Origin: Eledone cirrhosa
Lineage: Eukaryota
Length of the DNA: 64,000 nt
NCBI GenBank assembly: GCA_964016885.1
Contig: OZ024743.1
Span: 232,748,001-232,812,000, forward strand
Direction: 5' to 3'
The first letter of the stretch is position 1. Every line of letters starts with the position of its first letter. A program made the position numbers and the translations under genes. Positions 60,995 to 64,000 of the stretch are shown piece after piece. Below the pieces are notes generated by a model, which had not been told where the DNA came from, searched no databases, and worked only from the letters and a program-made list of their open reading frames with translations.

Positions 60995-61913
60995 ATAAAC
61001 GTTTGAATATGTGTAATAAAGCCAAAACAATGCAGGTATGCACATAGAAAAAAGAATGCAATTGTAAAAGATATTGTTGACAATTCGTCCTTTACCTTGA
61101 ATTTATTTAAATGTCCTTAATTTTCGAGATAATATATCTTCTTCAGAGGGAAATAAATCTCTCAAACCAGCGTTCTAAATATCTAACCAATCCATGCTGA
61201 CAGGAAATAGTATAGAGTATCTGTTCTATCTCTAATATCAAAGAGTTAAAATTAGGTGGATAAAGAGTAGTCTCCCTTTAAAAGGGGTTTATTTAGGGTT
61301 TTTTTATTTTTTATTTTATATACATGCCTGTGTAAGTGTGTGGGAGAATGCCTGATAGGGCCTCTAGCCCCATATTTACACCACCCCCACACACACACAC
61401 GCACGCGCACACACACACGCTTACACCTCCACTTATTCTCTCTCACACATACACACACAAAACCAGTTCTAACACCAGATAACACCTACCCCCACATTTA
61501 CGATTAGACTTATCTTCTCACACTCACACACTCACACACTCACACACTTACACCTTCATGCATTCTCCCACACACTTACACAGGCATGTATATAAAATAA
61601 AAATTTAAAAAAACCCTAAACAAACCCCTTTTAAAGGGAGACTACTCTTTATCCACCTAATTTTAACTCTTTGATATTAGAGATAGAACAGATACTCTAT
61701 ACTATTTCCTGTCAGCATGGATTGGTTAGATATTTAGAACGCTGGTTTGAGAGCTTTATTTCCCTCTGAAGAAGATATATTATCTCGAAAATTAAGGACA
61801 TTTAAATAAATTCGAGGTAAAGGACGAATTGTCAACAATATCTTTTACAATTGCATTCTTTTTTCTATGTCCATACCTGCATTGTTTTGGCTTTATTACA
61901 CATATTCAAACGT
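60995..61913. repeat. Foldback element, arms about 60995-61351 / 61560-61913
   Basis: Reverse-complementary arms of about 350 bp. Confidence 0.92.
61763..61797 (+). ncRNA. Minimal type I hammerhead ribozyme (mirror 61115-61149 minus)
   Basis: cct-CTGAAGA-agata tat tatctc-GAAA-at-TA-agg. Confidence 0.75.
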
Positions 61914-61962
61914 ATATCTATATATATATACATATATGTATATATATGTATATATATGTATA

Positions 61963-62030
<68 letters not shown>

Positions 62031-62078
62031 TGTATATATATGTATATATATGTATATATATATATATGTATATATATG

Positions 62079-62112
<34 letters not shown>

Positions 62113-62140
62113 AATAAATATATATATGTATATATATATG

Positions 62141-62230
<90 letters not shown>

Positions 62231-62253
62231 GTATATGTATATTTCTATGTATA

Positions 62254-62287
<34 letters not shown>

Positions 62288-62394
62288 CTCAGTATATGTT
62301 GGTTGTATACCAACAACTCAGTATGGAGATTGGAGCACTCGACGAAGTGCGCAGGTTAGTTTGGTTACTCCGGAGTAATGTAAAATAAAATAAA

Positions 62395-62805
62395 ATAAGT
62401 CAAATGTTAAAAATTAGGCTTCGTTTATTACTGCTATATATATTTTGGTGACAGCCATAATTCGCTGTGACCTCTTCAGTCAGTCCGAATTAGTGTGGTA
62501 GACACGAGTACACATGTTGTTGAGGTGTATAACCTTGTCAATACTCTGATATGCCCAGTTCCTGGTTGTTATTTCTCTGAGGAACTGGAATCATATCATA
62601 TGATTCCAGTTCCTCAGTGAAATAACAACCCAACCAGGAACTGGGCATATCAGAGTATTGACAAAGTTATACACCTCAACATGTGTACTCGTCTCTACCA
62701 CACTAATTCGAACTGCCTTAAGAGGTCACAGCCAAAGATGGCTGTCACCGAAATATATATAGCAGTAATAAACGAGGTCAAGTTTTAAACATTTGACTTA
62801 TTTAT
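62395..62805. repeat. Palindrome centred near 62598 with HHR-like motif at 62712-62766
   Basis: actgc-CTTAAGA-ggt.acagc..gctgt.acc-GAAA-tatata-TA-gcagt; the opposite arm keeps CTGAAGA. Confidence 0.85.
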
Positions 62806-62823
62806 TTTATTTTATTTTATATA

Positions 62824-62859
<36 letters not shown>

Positions 62860-62909
62860 TGTATGTATGTATGTATGTATGTATGTATGTATGTATGTAT
62901 GTATGTTAT

Positions 62910-63518
62910 GTCAGGTCACCAGCTGGTGCTACTGGTAACATGTATCCCAGTACAACCTGTTTCATGGTCGGGTCGTTGGCGACTAAACTGGCAGCCCCAC
63001 CAAGGTTTCTTGGTGAGGAGGGTGACTTTGGACATCCTGCAGGACTAAAAACAAAACCTGTCAAAGGGCAAAGGAGCTCTTAAGAGTCAATGGCCATCCA
63101 AAATCACCGGGAGAGATGACCCCTTAGCCTTTGTCAAGGCAGAATTCTAGGAGAAGGAAAACTCTGATATAACACCTGCAACCCTGATGGTATCCAATGA
63201 TGTTGACTTGTTCTTCTTTTTGGTAAATATCATCTTGGTTAAGAGAGTGGGACTGGCTTTGTGCAGTGCCTTTGCTCACTATAAAAGCTTCACGGCACAG
63301 GCATTTCTTTGTATCTGGAGATCTCTCTGCACTTGTCGTCACATGGTACCATGGGTCCAGCACTATGTGTCAATAATTGTCACAAGTGTAGTGTTTGTAC
63401 CAGAGTTTTCAAGTTGCTGGCTGGACTAAAAAGTCACACTCGTTCAGCGCATCGGTAGGGGTTCTCCTACATGGATATAAAGTAGTGACCGTACTCGAAA
63501 ACGAGTTGGCAGCCACCA
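62910..63518 (+). mobile_element. Second copy of the 610-bp repeat
   Basis: Colinear with 23827-24435. Confidence 0.7.
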
Positions 63519-63560
63519 TGTATGTATGTATGTATGTATGTATGTATGTATGTATGTATG

Positions 63561-63636
<76 letters not shown>

Positions 63637-63642
63637 CATATA

Positions 63643-63709
<67 letters not shown>

Positions 63710-63934
63710 ATGTAATAAACAACATAAGGCAATTATTCCATTTACCAGTGGTTTCTTAAAAGCAAAAGGCTTTGCTTTCAATCCTCAGAATGAAAAAATC
63801 CTGGTTTGTTTATTGAATTTGGATCTTAAAAACAAAAAAGCAAGCTATATGAAAGTGAGGCTTGAGAAGGAAGAAGGAAAGGAAAAATAAAATAAGACTA
63901 CACATACAACCACACATACACGAAAAAACATAAA

Positions 63935-63993
<59 letters not shown>

Positions 63994-64000
63994 ACACACA

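Noticed and set aside
63755-63792. Minimal CTGAGGAttGAAA motif on minus strand
   Set aside because: No stem I pairing identifiable

Overview
AT-rich, microsatellite-laden eukaryotic DNA, most likely intronic or intergenic coleoid cephalopod (Octopus-like) sequence, inferred from the SINE families. No host gene is confidently identified, and almost all short ORFs in the track are (TA)n/(TG)n/(GA)n artefacts. The window is tiled by Penelope-like retroelements (PLEs) inserted into (TA)n. Two carry intact RT+GIY-YIG ORFs (10440-12587 minus, Neptune-like; 27305-30061 plus, probably Naiad-like). Two are decayed copies with large inverted arms (30620-36746, 53337-57195) and one is an endonuclease fragment. 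About 20 short foldback relics are also present. Reading by eye gives more than 20 type I hammerhead ribozyme (HHR) motifs from over a dozen sequence families, several with stem covariation and recurrent core variants (U3-A8, U4C). The Neptune-like element has two overlapping ORFs joined by an in-phase U_UUU_UUA heptamer, a candidate -1 frameshift. Also present are tRNA-derived Meta-type SINEs targeting ATTATT, RTE fragments, a non-autonomous Helitron and hAT-like MITEs. All structures were assigned by eye.
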